DNA of 64,000 nt from Candidatus Kaiserbacteria bacterium RIFCSPHIGHO2_02_FULL_49_34 (GCA_001781205.1 MFLE01000014.1:26107-90106), one strand, 5' to 3'; counted from the stretch's first letter, positions 1-10,078 are shown. Made by a program: numbers and translations. The notes: generated by a model not told the origin, from the sequence alone.

Positions 1-348
1 AGCAACAATACGCTCTTTGACCTTGATGGTGAGTTTGTAGAATGATGGAGCTCCGCCTTCTTCGACTGCTATTTTGAAGGGTACCCCATTGAGTTCTTCG
101 AGAGAATCAACATATGCGCGGAATGCTTCGAAATTCTCCGTTGGCACATTCATCTGTGCATTGATGCCTTCCGATGCAATATAAATACGCCCCAAACATC
201 CAAACGCCTTGAGCTGCGCAAAAAACGCATCGCGAAACGCTTGCGGGTCTGCAATGCGGACATAGCGATAGAATGAAAGGGTTGTACGCGCGACACCATC
301 GCCCTGCACCGTCATTTTTCGCTCTTTTCGAGAAATTGCCTGTTCCAT
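1..348 (-). CDS. trhO: TrhO/YceA rhodanese-related tRNA U34 hydroxylase, N-terminal part (runs off window start; missing from ORF track)
   Basis: Manual translation from ATG at 348: MEQAISRKERK...RTTLSFYRYVRIADPQAFRD...GRIYIASEGINAQ...SFYKLTIKVKERIVA, matching the UPF0176/YceA N-terminal motifs. Confidence 0.88.
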   Translation of the reverse strand, partial: MEQAISRKERKMTVQGDGVARTTLSFYRYVRIADPQAFRDAFFAQLKAFGCLGRIYIASEGINAQMNVPTENFEAFRAYVDSLEELNGVPFKIAVEEGGAPSFYKLTIKVKERIVA

Positions 349-467
349 AATGGAACACTATACGAGAAAACGATGTAAATGCAACTGCCAGCCCAGGAAT
401 TGCTTGTATATGAATAGAAGGAACAGCCTTTACGGATCAAACTTCAATGTATCGAGTAAGTAGTTTC

Positions 468-673
468 GACTCTGGATCCTTACAGGATGACAAAATGAGG
501 GTGTGGCGCCTTAAAGAAAGTGATGGTTAAAATCGATTTTAACCATCACGTAATTTAAAACATACACTCAACTTTTTTCATCCAGGAGGCATCCAGAGTC
601 AAAGCAGTGTTCACTAGTATTCTTTTGTCGTTCTGCAAAATAGAAACCTCCTAGTAGTGTTACATTTGATTTC
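468..673. repeat. Palindromic intergenic element family A, copy 1 (REP/REPIN-like)
   Basis: CTGGATCC..GGATGAC and TCATCC..ATCCAG arms; 30-bp perfect palindrome at 520-549 (core GGTTAAAATCGATTTTAACC); tail 601-673 is a close reverse-complement match to 38821-38893. Confidence 0.85.
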
Positions 674-709
674 TTAATTTAGTCCACCCATAGGTGTTGC
701 AAGAAATAC

Positions 710-1189
710 GTGTATAATGTTTCTATGTATATCATAGTCATTGGTTTGGTGTTTGCGGTTGTTGCCTATGCGGGGTATGCGGTTTTTGGGTCGTTTGCAC
801 CAAATTTTACGTCGCTGTCGAATGAGGCAGAGGGGGTTTCGATTACTGAAATGGCGAAAGAAGAGGTTCAGGAAACACGAATTCGTGTGACGTTTCCGGG
901 GCACGGCGCGAAAATTCGCTCGCCGCTCTTAATTCGTGGTGAGGCGATTGGACCATGGTTCTTTGAAGGCTCCTTCCCTGTTTCTATTCTCGATGGCAAC
1001 GGAAATGTGCTTGCGCAAGGCTCTGCGGTTGCGGAAGATGATTGGATGACGGAGGGTTTTGTGCCGTTTACCACAACGATTTATTTTGGAAAATCGCCGA
1101 CTGATGGTGGCAAGGTTCGATTGCATAAAGCGAATGCGTCGGGGCTGCCGCAACATGAGGCTTCGTTTGATGTGAATGTGCGGTTTTAA
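710..1189 (+). CDS. Membrane-anchored Gmad2-type immunoglobulin-like domain protein
   Basis: N-terminal TM helix, then SPLLIRGEA..WFFEGSFPV..WMTEGFVPF..NASGLP motifs typical of this CPR-common domain. Confidence 0.7.
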   Translation: MYNVSMYIIVIGLVFAVVAYAGYAVFGSFAPNFTSLSNEAEGVSITEMAKEEVQETRIRVTFPGHGAKIRSPLLIRGEAIGPWFFEGSFPVSILDGNGNVLAQGSAVAEDDWMTEGFVPFTTTIYFGKSPTDGGKVRLHKANASGLPQHEASFDVNVRF

Positions 1190-1199
1190 CTTGAGAAAT

Positions 1200-1363
1200 G
1201 TCATCCTCGGGATTTAGAAAGTAAACGAGCGAGAGCGAGTATTACTTTCAAATACCCGGGGATCCAGGCGTTAGAGCAATAGCTTTTCAGCCTGGATCCC
1301 CGGGTATGTGAAAAAAAACACGGACTAGACGTCCGTGTTTCTTTTCTACATCCCGAGGATGAC
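1200..1363. repeat. REP-doublet-like palindromic element related to family A, between convergent genes
   Basis: GTCATCCTCGGGAT...ATCCCGAGGATGAC outer inverted repeat; ATACCCGGGGATCCAGGC/GCCTGGATCCCCGGGTAT inner inverted repeat; GGATCCAGGCGTTAGAGCAATAGC resembles the reverse complement of 44337-44359. Confidence 0.8.
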
Positions 1364-1381
1364 AGTTCTTTGAGGTATTTG

Positions 1382-2473
1382 CTATGCTTTTTCGAGCATG
1401 TTCATTACGGCGTCATTAGTCAGGAACGACGTAACGTATGCCCGCACGCGTGTTTCGTCGGCGTCTTTGAAGCGTGCGAGGAGTCCTTGCACTTCTACTT
1501 CGAGTGCTTCGGGGGTCGGCTTAATGTCGTCCTTCTTCGCAATTGCTTCGAGGATAAGCTGGAGCTTTGCGCGCTTTTGCGCCATCGGCAACCATTCTGC
1601 ACGCATGTCGTCACGTGTCTTCTTTACATGGCTGAGGTAGTCGTCCATCTTGAGGTTTGCACGAGTAAGGTCATCTTCCATCTGCGCAAACATCTGCTTG
1701 ATTTCTGTATCGATGAGAATGTCAGGGAGTTCAAGTGTTGTTGCTTCGACAATTGCATCGGTAATTGCTGCTTTGTGCTTTGAAGCAACTTCGTTTTTCT
1801 TTTCAATCTCGAGGTGTTCGCGGATTTTTGCTTTGAACTCTTCAACTGATGAGAATTGTCCTGGCGCGCCGAGTTCTTTTACAGTTTCTTCGGTGAGTTC
1901 AATCTTCACAGGCTCTGCATCAGCAATTGCTTTTGCTTCGTCGGTGTTGCCTTCTTGTTCTGCAGCCTGGAGCTTCTGCATCTTTTCCCATGCTGTTTTA
2001 CGGTGAAGAATGTCGTCGATTTGCTTCTGAACGTCTTCATCAGAAACTTCTACCGTTTCCTTCGTTTTATTGATACCAGCAGCGATACCCTTGTAGTCCG
2101 GAAGTTCGAATGTTGGCACGACTGACTGCACGATTGAGAAACCTACCGGGTTTCCTACTGCGAGCTTCGTAAGCGTAAGTGCTGGACCACCGAGGGCATC
2201 AATGCCTTTCGCCTTCAAGATCTCTTCGTATGCCTTAATAATCGTACGAAATGCCATTTCCTGAAGGAGTGCACCTTCGCCAATCTGCTTTACAAGCGCG
2301 GCCTCGGGAATGTTCCCCGGACGAAATCCGTCGAGCTTGATGCCCTTCCCAAGATGTGCAACCGCTGCTGCACGCTGTTTTTCTGCGAGTTCCCATGGGA
2401 GTTCGCCAACAATAGTCACCTGCGACTTTTCTGCGGGAGTCACCGCAATCGCGTCAAGAATTTTTATATCCAT
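1382..2473 (-). CDS. tig: Trigger factor (ribosome-binding and C-terminal domains; PPIase domain apparently absent)
   Basis: GFRPGNIP signature and C-terminal LPDILIDTEI..RAKLQLILEAIA; only 363 aa. Confidence 0.9.
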   Translation of the reverse strand: MDIKILDAIAVTPAEKSQVTIVGELPWELAEKQRAAAVAHLGKGIKLDGFRPGNIPEAALVKQIGEGALLQEMAFRTIIKAYEEILKAKGIDALGGPALTLTKLAVGNPVGFSIVQSVVPTFELPDYKGIAAGINKTKETVEVSDEDVQKQIDDILHRKTAWEKMQKLQAAEQEGNTDEAKAIADAEPVKIELTEETVKELGAPGQFSSVEEFKAKIREHLEIEKKNEVASKHKAAITDAIVEATTLELPDILIDTEIKQMFAQMEDDLTRANLKMDDYLSHVKKTRDDMRAEWLPMAQKRAKLQLILEAIAKKDDIKPTPEALEVEVQGLLARFKDADETRVRAYVTSFLTNDAVMNMLEKA

Positions 2474-2615
2474 ACTAATATTATTTATAGCCGCAGTCTA
2501 CTGAATTTGACAAAAAATGCAATGTTTCTGAACTATTCTGAGAAAATTGCTGAAACGGGGTGACCGTGCTACCATCGCAATGGTTTTGAACTTTTTTACT
2601 TCTTTGGAGGTATCT

Positions 2616-2789
2616 ATGGCTCGCAGACATAATAATTTTTCTGCAAACAAAATTCGGAAAATTTCCAAACAAATCAAAAGCTCACGGCGCATCTATCATG
2701 CAAAGAGTCATGCAGAGTTTTGCCTGCAGGACATGCCGCCTGAACTTTGGATTGCACTTGTGCGCATTATACTCATGAGGAACATGTAG
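2616..2789 (+). CDS. Small basic hypothetical protein (57 aa)
   Basis: GGAGG Shine-Dalgarno before ATG 2616 (MARRHNNF...), terminator-like hairpin at about 2815-2841. Confidence 0.45.
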   Translation: MARRHNNFSANKIRKISKQIKSSRRIYHAKSHAEFCLQDMPPELWIALVRIILMRNM

Positions 2790-2864
2790 CAGCATGAACT
2801 ATAGATGTATACACAAAAAACGACAGTACGCTGTCGTTTTTCTTATGGTGTCTGTTGGAAGAAA

Positions 2865-3269
2865 TTATTGAATGGTATCCAAGTCAGAGGTAATTTCGTC
2901 GAGTTCTGCATCGATGCTCGAGAAGTCGAGTGACGCTTCGAGTTCGGCGCTTATGCCATCGAGATCGCGAATGGCACGCTCTTCATCGGTCTCAACCGGA
3001 ATGTTGACCACGGGGATTTCATCAGTTACATCAGGCTCCACAGTCGTCATATAGTAGTACGTGCCTGCGATAATCATGGCAACAAGGATAAGTCCAAAGC
3101 CAATCCAGACAGCGACACTGCTTTTGGCGCCACTTTGATTTTCAATGGGTGTTGCACCCATGATGTTTTCGGTGGTATTCATCTGAGCGCCGCCAACGGA
3201 AAATGTTGTAGGTGCTTGTGGGGGAGCTTCGTTTGCAGGGGCTCCTTGTGGGGTTGTGTTTTCTGGCAT
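2865..3269 (-). CDS. Hypothetical single-pass membrane protein with acidic C-terminus
   Basis: One TM helix; likely co-transcribed with 3281-4099. Confidence 0.7.
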   Translation of the reverse strand: MPENTTPQGAPANEAPPQAPTTFSVGGAQMNTTENIMGATPIENQSGAKSSVAVWIGFGLILVAMIIAGTYYYMTTVEPDVTDEIPVVNIPVETDEERAIRDLDGISAELEASLDFSSIDAELDEITSDLDTIQ

Positions 3270-3280
3270 ATATATAATGA

Positions 3281-4099
3281 TTATTCGCTAGTAGTTGTTG
3301 CTTCTGCGTCAACCTCGGCGTCTACCTCTGCCTCTGCCTCAACTGCGGGACGTGCACCTAAGCTACGCGCTGCTTCTTTAATTGTTGCAGCCGCTTCATT
3401 GATAAGTGCGCGAATCGCATGCACTTCAGCAATCACCGCGGCGAAATCTGCACGAGCAGTAGCCCATGCTTCAGCGGGAGTTGACGATGATACCGCAAGT
3501 TCAGCATCTTCTGGGAGGTCGACGAGCGATACCTTGAGTGTAGCAATACGAGCATCGACAGCAGTGAGCGCGGTCATTGTTGCAGACACATCGGCACCCT
3601 TTTCTTCGAATGCTTCGGCACGGGTACGGAGTAATGCTGATGCGTCAGTCAAACGTGTTGCAGCATCTTCGATACGTTGCGCTGCACGTCGAACGCGCTC
3701 AGCGATACGGGTAAACATTTCATTGGTAATCGCGAGCTTCTTTGCGGCGATACGCGCTTCAATTTCTGCGCGTTTTTCGTCGCGAGCAGCAAGGGCAGCT
3801 TCTCTGTTTTCTGCAACTTGACGCGTTGTGGTCTGCACGCGTTCTTGTGCAAGCACGCGAAGTTCAGCAGCTTGTGCTTGGCGCTCTGATGTAGTAGCAC
3901 TTCCTTGCGCACGTGTTTCCACTTGCGCTACCGCGCGACTTTCGGCCGAGGCTTCTGCCTGTAGACGCATATCAGTTTCCACCTGCGCACTGCGGGGTGT
4001 TTCGCGGATATAGCCCGCATTTGTCTGTGCATGCACCGACCCCACGGTGACGGCAAACATGGCGACGAGCGCCGTTCCTGTATATATATTTTTCTTCAT
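3281..4099 (-). CDS. Secreted Ala/Glu/Arg-rich coiled-coil hypothetical protein
   Basis: Signal peptide (..VGSVHA-Q) followed by long helical sequence. Confidence 0.75.
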   Translation of the reverse strand: MKKNIYTGTALVAMFAVTVGSVHAQTNAGYIRETPRSAQVETDMRLQAEASAESRAVAQVETRAQGSATTSERQAQAAELRVLAQERVQTTTRQVAENREAALAARDEKRAEIEARIAAKKLAITNEMFTRIAERVRRAAQRIEDAATRLTDASALLRTRAEAFEEKGADVSATMTALTAVDARIATLKVSLVDLPEDAELAVSSSTPAEAWATARADFAAVIAEVHAIRALINEAAATIKEAARSLGARPAVEAEAEVDAEVDAEATTTSE

Positions 4100-4350
4100 A
4101 CGTCCTATTGTATGCAGAACTCAAAAATGCGCAATGTGCACAACTCCGCACACCTGTTTTGGCACTGCTTCTTACTTTGCTTGACTGTCTTTCTAACAAT
4201 TATAGTGCAGCTGCTGCTTTGTATTGCGGTTATTGTGTAGTATCCGCATATGATGCCAAAACAGGTGTGCGGACTAGTCCCTTCACCATAGTCCTCACAT
4301 CATAGTGTATGGCTTGCACTCATCGAAAAAACAGCTATTATGCAGAGACT

Positions 4351-6243
4351 ATGCTTATTTCATACGCACGTTTGCAGACATTTTTTACCGAGCCACTACC
4401 AGCGGTAGATGAGCTTTCGGACCTTCTCACCTTTCATGCGTGGGAAATTGATGAGGTAATCCCCAAGCCAGAATTTAACGACACTATTCTTGATGTCAAA
4501 GTGTTACCTGACAAGAGCTCATGGGCGCTTTCGCATGTGGGTGTTGCGCGTGAAATTGCGACACTTTTAGGACGTAAGCTTGCTGTTGACCCTGTTACTC
4601 GCGGTGAAATCTCTACCTTCTTCCCTGTTCGTCAGTCGCAGACAAAAATGGATGCAAAGAACTGCGACCGCTACACGCTCGCACGTATTGACGGTGTCAA
4701 AGTTGCGCCATCTCCAAAATGGCTTGCGGATTTCTTGCAGTCAGTTGGGCAGCGCTCTATTAATAACATTGTCGACGCAACAAACTACATTCTCTACATG
4801 TACGGGCAGCCGACACATGTGTTTGATGCCAACAAAGTTTCGAGCATTCGCGTTCGTGAAGCTCGCGATGGCGAAACGATTACTCTTCTTGGCGGCACCG
4901 AGGCCACATTCACGGCAGCCGATGTGGTTATTGCAAACGCTGACACTGACGAAGCGCTCGCTGTTGGTGGTGTCAAAGGTGGCGCAGCTGCAGAACTCGA
5001 AAACACCACAACATCAATTCTTATAGAATCCGCACATTTCGACGCCGTCGCAACTCGCAAAACCGCGCAGCGCTTAAAGATTCGCACTGATGCATCGGCT
5101 CGCTATGAAAACGGCGTCCTTCACGACATGGCACCAATCGGTCGTGACGAGGTGGTGAAGCTTATCCTCGAACTTGCTGGTGGTGAATGTGTGTGGACGG
5201 AAGATTCATTCACCGGCACCGCAACACAGCAATCGGCAATCACCCTTCCCTTTGCAAAACTTTCTTCAGTTCTCGGTATTGAGATTAAAACAAACGAGGT
5301 CGAGAATATTTTTAAGCGAATGCATTGCACTGTCGAAACGGAGGGTGGAGCATGGCAAGTCACCCCACCTTACTTCCGCACCGATCTCCAGATTCCTGAG
5401 GACCTCATCGAAGACATCGCACGCATCCACGGTCTCGAACATGTGCATGCCGCAATGCTTCCGCAGGCAGCGCTCACGGAGATTAATAAAAATTTCTACT
5501 ACGCCGAAAAAATCCGCGAGGCACTCGCGAACGTCGGCTTCTCAGAAATACTCACCAGTTCATTCCGCAAAAAGGACGAAGTGAAACTTCAAAACTCTCT
5601 CGCAAGCGACAAAGGCTACCTCCGCAGTAATCTCTCAGAAAACATGCGCGAAGCGCTCACGAAGAACGCCCCGAACTGCGACCTTCTCGGCGTGAAAGAA
5701 ATCCGTATCTTTGAAATCGGCACCACCTTCACCGAAACCGCCGAAACACTTTCACTCGCAATTGGTGTCACTGGAGCATCGGGCTATAAAGCAAAGCTTC
5801 ATGATAAAGTTCTCGATGAAGCACGCACAGCACTCCGCGAAATCCTCGGTGACGCATCATTTGATGCAAAGGATGGCATAATTGAAATCTCGCTCGAGGG
5901 CATCATCACAAAATTGCCAACACCGACAGCATATGATGTTGCGCACGAACAAAACAACGCAACCTTCTCACAATTCTCGCTCTTCCCTGCCGTCTCACGC
6001 GACATCGCCTTCTGGGCAGAAAACCCCGACGCAGCGTTTATAGAAAAGGAGCTCCACGCATTCGCGGGGAGCAACCTCGTCCGTACCGACCTCGTCGACC
6101 GCTTTGAAAAGGATGGCCGTACATCGCTCGCCTTCCGCTTCGTCTTCCAGTCGTTTGAAAAAACACTCACCGATGATGAGGTGAACGCAGACATGGACAA
6201 CGTTTACCAGAAAGCACGAGACCTTGGTTTCGAAACACGCTAA
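4351..6243 (+). CDS. pheT: Phenylalanyl-tRNA synthetase beta subunit (short form)
   Basis: SINNIVDATNY, RTDASARYENG, DLIEDIARIHG, FPAVSRDIAF, SLAFRFVFQ..KTLTD motifs; likely start MLISYARL at 4351. Confidence 0.95.
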   Translation: MLISYARLQTFFTEPLPAVDELSDLLTFHAWEIDEVIPKPEFNDTILDVKVLPDKSSWALSHVGVAREIATLLGRKLAVDPVTRGEISTFFPVRQSQTKMDAKNCDRYTLARIDGVKVAPSPKWLADFLQSVGQRSINNIVDATNYILYMYGQPTHVFDANKVSSIRVREARDGETITLLGGTEATFTAADVVIANADTDEALAVGGVKGGAAAELENTTTSILIESAHFDAVATRKTAQRLKIRTDASARYENGVLHDMAPIGRDEVVKLILELAGGECVWTEDSFTGTATQQSAITLPFAKLSSVLGIEIKTNEVENIFKRMHCTVETEGGAWQVTPPYFRTDLQIPEDLIEDIARIHGLEHVHAAMLPQAALTEINKNFYYAEKIREALANVGFSEILTSSFRKKDEVKLQNSLASDKGYLRSNLSENMREALTKNAPNCDLLGVKEIRIFEIGTTFTETAETLSLAIGVTGASGYKAKLHDKVLDEARTALREILGDASFDAKDGIIEISLEGIITKLPTPTAYDVAHEQNNATFSQFSLFPAVSRDIAFWAENPDAAFIEKELHAFAGSNLVRTDLVDRFEKDGRTSLAFRFVFQSFEKTLTDDEVNADMDNVYQKARDLGFETR

Positions 6244-6246
6244 TAT

Positions 6247-6951
6247 ATGAAAGGACACATCCACCCTATTTCCCAAACTATCTCCGAAATCAACCGCATT
6301 TTTGCGGAGCTTGGTTTCGTGTTTGCGGAAGGTCCTGAGCGCGAGCTTGTAAAGTACAACTTCGACATGCTCAACGTCCCCAAAGACCATCCGTCGCGCG
6401 ACATGCAAGACACCTTCTACGTCAATGCCGAGACCGTTATGCGCACGCATACCTCGCCCGTCCAAGCGCGCTACATGGAAGCGCATCAACCACCGATTCG
6501 CATCATCGCCCCTGGCAAAGTCTTTCGTAACGAAACGACCGACGCTACCCACGAAGCACAGTTCTACCAGCTCGAAGGACTTGTTGTTGATAAAGATATC
6601 TCCCTTGCACACCTCAAAGGTACCCTCGAACACTTCATCAAAAAACTCTTCGGCGACTCTGCAGAAATCCGCTTCCGCCCGTCATTCTTCCCGTTCGTTG
6701 AGCCAGGTGTCGAAGTCGACATGCGTCTCACCTCTCCCGACGCACCCGCAAAACTAAAAGGTAAGTGGATTGAAGTTCTCGGCGCTGGTATGGTGCACCC
6801 GAATCTTCTCAAAGATGCCGGTATCGACCATACCCAATTCCAAGGCTTCGCCTTCGGCATCGGCGTTGACCGTATCGTCATGCTCAAACACGCCGTCGAC
6901 GACATCCGCCACTTCTACTCCGGCGACCTCCGCGTTGTGAATCAATTTTAA
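6247..6951 (+). CDS. pheS: Phenylalanyl-tRNA synthetase alpha subunit (catalytic domain only)
   Basis: GHIHP, HPSRDMQDTFY, RTHTSPVQ, RFRPSFFPFVEPG, GFAFGIGVDR. Confidence 0.96.
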   Translation: MKGHIHPISQTISEINRIFAELGFVFAEGPERELVKYNFDMLNVPKDHPSRDMQDTFYVNAETVMRTHTSPVQARYMEAHQPPIRIIAPGKVFRNETTDATHEAQFYQLEGLVVDKDISLAHLKGTLEHFIKKLFGDSAEIRFRPSFFPFVEPGVEVDMRLTSPDAPAKLKGKWIEVLGAGMVHPNLLKDAGIDHTQFQGFAFGIGVDRIVMLKHAVDDIRHFYSGDLRVVNQF

Positions 6952-7031
6952 AGAAAGACAAAATGAGAAAGCATAAAACCAGAAGCAGGCTTCTGGTTTT
7001 ATGTTGGGTGATTTATTCCTGTTTGATCTTA

Positions 7032-7490
7032 TTAGAAATCTTCTATAATAATCTTTTTCATCTTCATCATTTTGGCAAAAGCATTCGGACGCTTCATTAA
7101 TTCTTCCATGTTTTTCGGTACTACTTGCCAGCTCAGTCCGTACTTGTCTTTGAGCCAACCGCATATCTCGGATTCTGGCACGGCCGAGAGCTTCTCGTAG
7201 TAGTAATCTATCTCTTCCTGATTCTCACAAGGGATTGAAAAGGAAACTGACTCATTGAACTTGAATTCTGGACCAGCGTTAATGGCTGTGAAATGATTGC
7301 CACTTAATTCGAAGTCAATCGCTAAAACTTTACCAGCGAGGTTGCGCTGAAAATCAGCCAACCCCTCTTCGGTACTGTTTGGATAGTAGACCGTAGAAAT
7401 AACTTTGCTGTTTGGAAATACTGAAATATAAAATTCGACAGCCTCCTTGGCATTGCCGTCAAACCATAAGTTTGGTGTGATATTTTTCAT
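7032..7490 (-). CDS. VOC/PhnB-like (3-demethylubiquinone-9 3-methyltransferase family) protein
   Basis: ITPNLWFDGNAKEAVEFY, FKFNESVSF, CGWLKDKYGLSWQVVP; AT-richer than flanking genes. Confidence 0.88.
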   Translation of the reverse strand: MKNITPNLWFDGNAKEAVEFYISVFPNSKVISTVYYPNSTEEGLADFQRNLAGKVLAIDFELSGNHFTAINAGPEFKFNESVSFSIPCENQEEIDYYYEKLSAVPESEICGWLKDKYGLSWQVVPKNMEELMKRPNAFAKMMKMKKIIIEDF

Positions 7491-7770
7491 AAGTATTCTT
7501 TGTTGATTATTAATAGTGTTATTTTACCATATCTTCGCAGTATGCGTCACACAAATTTCCTGACTTCAGGATATTTCTCATTTTTACTTAGGGATTCAGA
7601 CTCATGTTCCTTGTGCATGCTATAGATATGTGCTAGGTTCGTTCTATTACTAATCCCAAAAAGGCTGAGGAATCTCCGGTTCTCTCTCCTTATTCTATCC
7701 ATTGATCCTGGTGATCTATGGTTGCAAAACATGTCCCCTCTCTGTTTTGTGTATAACTATTCGAATTTTC

Positions 7771-8913
7771 ATGTATTCAACGAAAGCGGTTGTCCCTGGC
7801 GTATTTTCACAAGCTTCACATACTTCCTCACTTAAAAAGTCCGGTGAAGGAGTAAAAATAGCAATGATTCATAATGAAAAACGAATCGCGACAGGCGCGC
7901 ATCATATCAATGAGCTTATGATGCAAGCCCTCGTACAGCACGGTGCGAAGGTGCGCAATTTCTTCCCTCGTATACAACTAACTAACACACCCATCCGAAT
8001 GCGTGGACTTTCAAGCATTCTTTTCTTTCACTCACTACTTGAACGTAAAAATGAAATTTTGCGGCATCATATCATACAGGGGACGACCTACACACCGCTT
8101 CCCTTTCTTTCGTTCAATACACCAATCGTGAGTCATTTTGGCTCGACAACGTCTGGCTTTCTCACGGATACACCGCGAACCTCAAAACTTTCGCCAAGCG
8201 AGCGAGCGATTTGGCGCGAGCTATGTGCGCTCCATATTATCCCTGAAATGGAGCTGCAAACCTTTCAGCCGCTCAGGGATATTGCTGATATGGAAGAACT
8301 TGTCGCAACACAAGTTACACGTTGTATTGCAACATCGGAGCACGTGCGTACGGAACTCGTCGATATGGGTGTGGCACCGGAAAAAATTGCGGTAATCCAC
8401 AACGCTATTGAAGACTACTGGTTCAAACGGGACAACACTCCTCCACTGACACCTCCGCACCTTGTGTTCCTTGGTCGTCTTGGGGGCGATGTGTTTACTC
8501 TCAAACTAAAGGGCCTCGACCGACTCATTGCACTCTATCGTTTGTTTCCTGCTATTCCAAAAGTCACCATTTGCATGACAGCAAATAAAAAGTTAAAGGA
8601 ATGGCTTCATGTTGCGTTCCCTCTGCATCAACTACATGCAAACACCCGTAAAGACCTTATCCCTAATCTTTTAACCAATTATTACGGAAGCATTCTTTTT
8701 ATTACATCTCGTTACGAAGGTTTTTCGCTAAGTCTTGTTGAGGGCATGTCGCAAGGACTCGTGCCAATATCGTATGCAGTTGGCGTTGCGCCTGAAATCA
8801 TTGAAGACGGAGTCAATGGATTCATTGTTTCTTCAATCGAAGAGGCACAAGAAAAAGTTGCGTTCCTGCTTGCACATCCAAACGAACGGCTTGCCATGGC
8901 ACATGCCGCATAA
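7771..8913 (+). CDS. GT-B (family 4-like) glycosyltransferase, possibly truncated by a premature TAA
   Basis: SRYEGFSLSLVEGMSQG and PEIIEDGVNGFIV motifs; frame stays open and homologous-looking to TGA at 9013-9015. Confidence 0.85.
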   Translation: MYSTKAVVPGVFSQASHTSSLKKSGEGVKIAMIHNEKRIATGAHHINELMMQALVQHGAKVRNFFPRIQLTNTPIRMRGLSSILFFHSLLERKNEILRHHIIQGTTYTPLPFLSFNTPIVSHFGSTTSGFLTDTPRTSKLSPSERAIWRELCALHIIPEMELQTFQPLRDIADMEELVATQVTRCIATSEHVRTELVDMGVAPEKIAVIHNAIEDYWFKRDNTPPLTPPHLVFLGRLGGDVFTLKLKGLDRLIALYRLFPAIPKVTICMTANKKLKEWLHVAFPLHQLHANTRKDLIPNLLTNYYGSILFITSRYEGFSLSLVEGMSQGLVPISYAVGVAPEIIEDGVNGFIVSSIEEAQEKVAFLLAHPNERLAMAHAA

Positions 8914-9124
8914 AAAACTACCGAGCAGTTTCGCAGCGACACAATCGCCACTAAGTTACTTGCGCTCTATCGCGAAATACTCACACCACAGAAACAGACA
9001 ATGTCCGCTACTTGAAACTGGACCTCCTTACAGAAAAAGAGCCGCCTTGTAGTACTCTAAGACTTGTTTTCTTCAGTCCGTGCTATACTTTACTCATGAG
9101 ACGCTTGACGTTCCGTATATTTTT

Positions 9125-10075
9125 ATGCAGCAACATCATCACGCGCATACACGAATACTGAAACGCCTTTTCCTCTTGTTTTATATCTCAATTGGTCTTG
9201 TGGTGTTTTTGCTGAGTATTCCGTTGTGGAAGTCTATCGAGGAGAAGCAGAACGAAAAAGCTATCCATGCGGCGGATATGCTTTTTGCTCCTGTGGCTGA
9301 AAACATATACGAATACTCCGGACTCATTGTCGAGCAAGTCGAACAGATTAAGGAAAGGCATGCCACAAGCGAATTCTACCCCGAAAGCATCGCCACCATT
9401 ACACACTTCGACAAGGTACGTCCAACCAGCATCACTCGCTACCATGCGAGCACCTCTCTCTCATGGCATCGTATACAAGGTGCAGACGGAACATATACCG
9501 ACACTATCATAGAAGGTTCAGTTATTCGTAAAGAAATATACCTGCACGCGCTTAAGCTTCATAAGGGTGATATAACCATCATGTCCGCCCGCGAAGCGCC
9601 ACCATGTGAAGACATGCGCAACGTCCCGTCACTTCACTGTAATGCGAAAAACAGTATCGTCTATGTTATGGCAGTCTTCCATGATGCATCGGATAAACCA
9701 ACTGATATTCTCGCTATCGCCTACCCGATAGATATATGGATGACGGGGCTAATGCGTGGAGAGGTTTCACTCCCCGAAAATGCCTTCATCGTAGATGCGG
9801 AGGGGTACTATCTCTGGCATGGCAAAGATCCTAAAAAAGCCACCGAGCGAGCAGAGCGCGTAGACAGCAGTTTCTACAGCGACTTCCCCAAAACCTACAG
9901 TGCCATGATTGCAGGCGCAGGAGAAACATTCATAAAACAAAAACGCGAGCGAATACATCTTACTTCCCTCTACCCCGCCATCGAAAGACGATACGGTGGC
10001 GCGAACGTAAATATTCCAAACCCCTTCGTCCCCGCCGCGCTTAGATTTTTAATCATTGGTCTTAAAGAAAAATAA
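9125..10075 (+). CDS. Membrane-anchored Cache-like extracellular sensor domain protein with no output domain
   Basis: N-terminal TM; AFIVDAEGYYLWH..SFYSDFP resembles dCache domains of sensor kinases; ORF ends where TM2 would begin. Confidence 0.55.
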   Translation: MQQHHHAHTRILKRLFLLFYISIGLVVFLLSIPLWKSIEEKQNEKAIHAADMLFAPVAENIYEYSGLIVEQVEQIKERHATSEFYPESIATITHFDKVRPTSITRYHASTSLSWHRIQGADGTYTDTIIEGSVIRKEIYLHALKLHKGDITIMSAREAPPCEDMRNVPSLHCNAKNSIVYVMAVFHDASDKPTDILAIAYPIDIWMTGLMRGEVSLPENAFIVDAEGYYLWHGKDPKKATERAERVDSSFYSDFPKTYSAMIAGAGETFIKQKRERIHLTSLYPAIERRYGGANVNIPNPFVPAALRFLIIGLKEK

Positions 10076-10078
10076 CGT

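Noticed and set aside
8911-8913. Stop-codon reassignment as the explanation for the internal TAA
   Set aside because: TAA, TAG and TGA all end other genes at expected positions, and conserved genes are uninterrupted under code 11.
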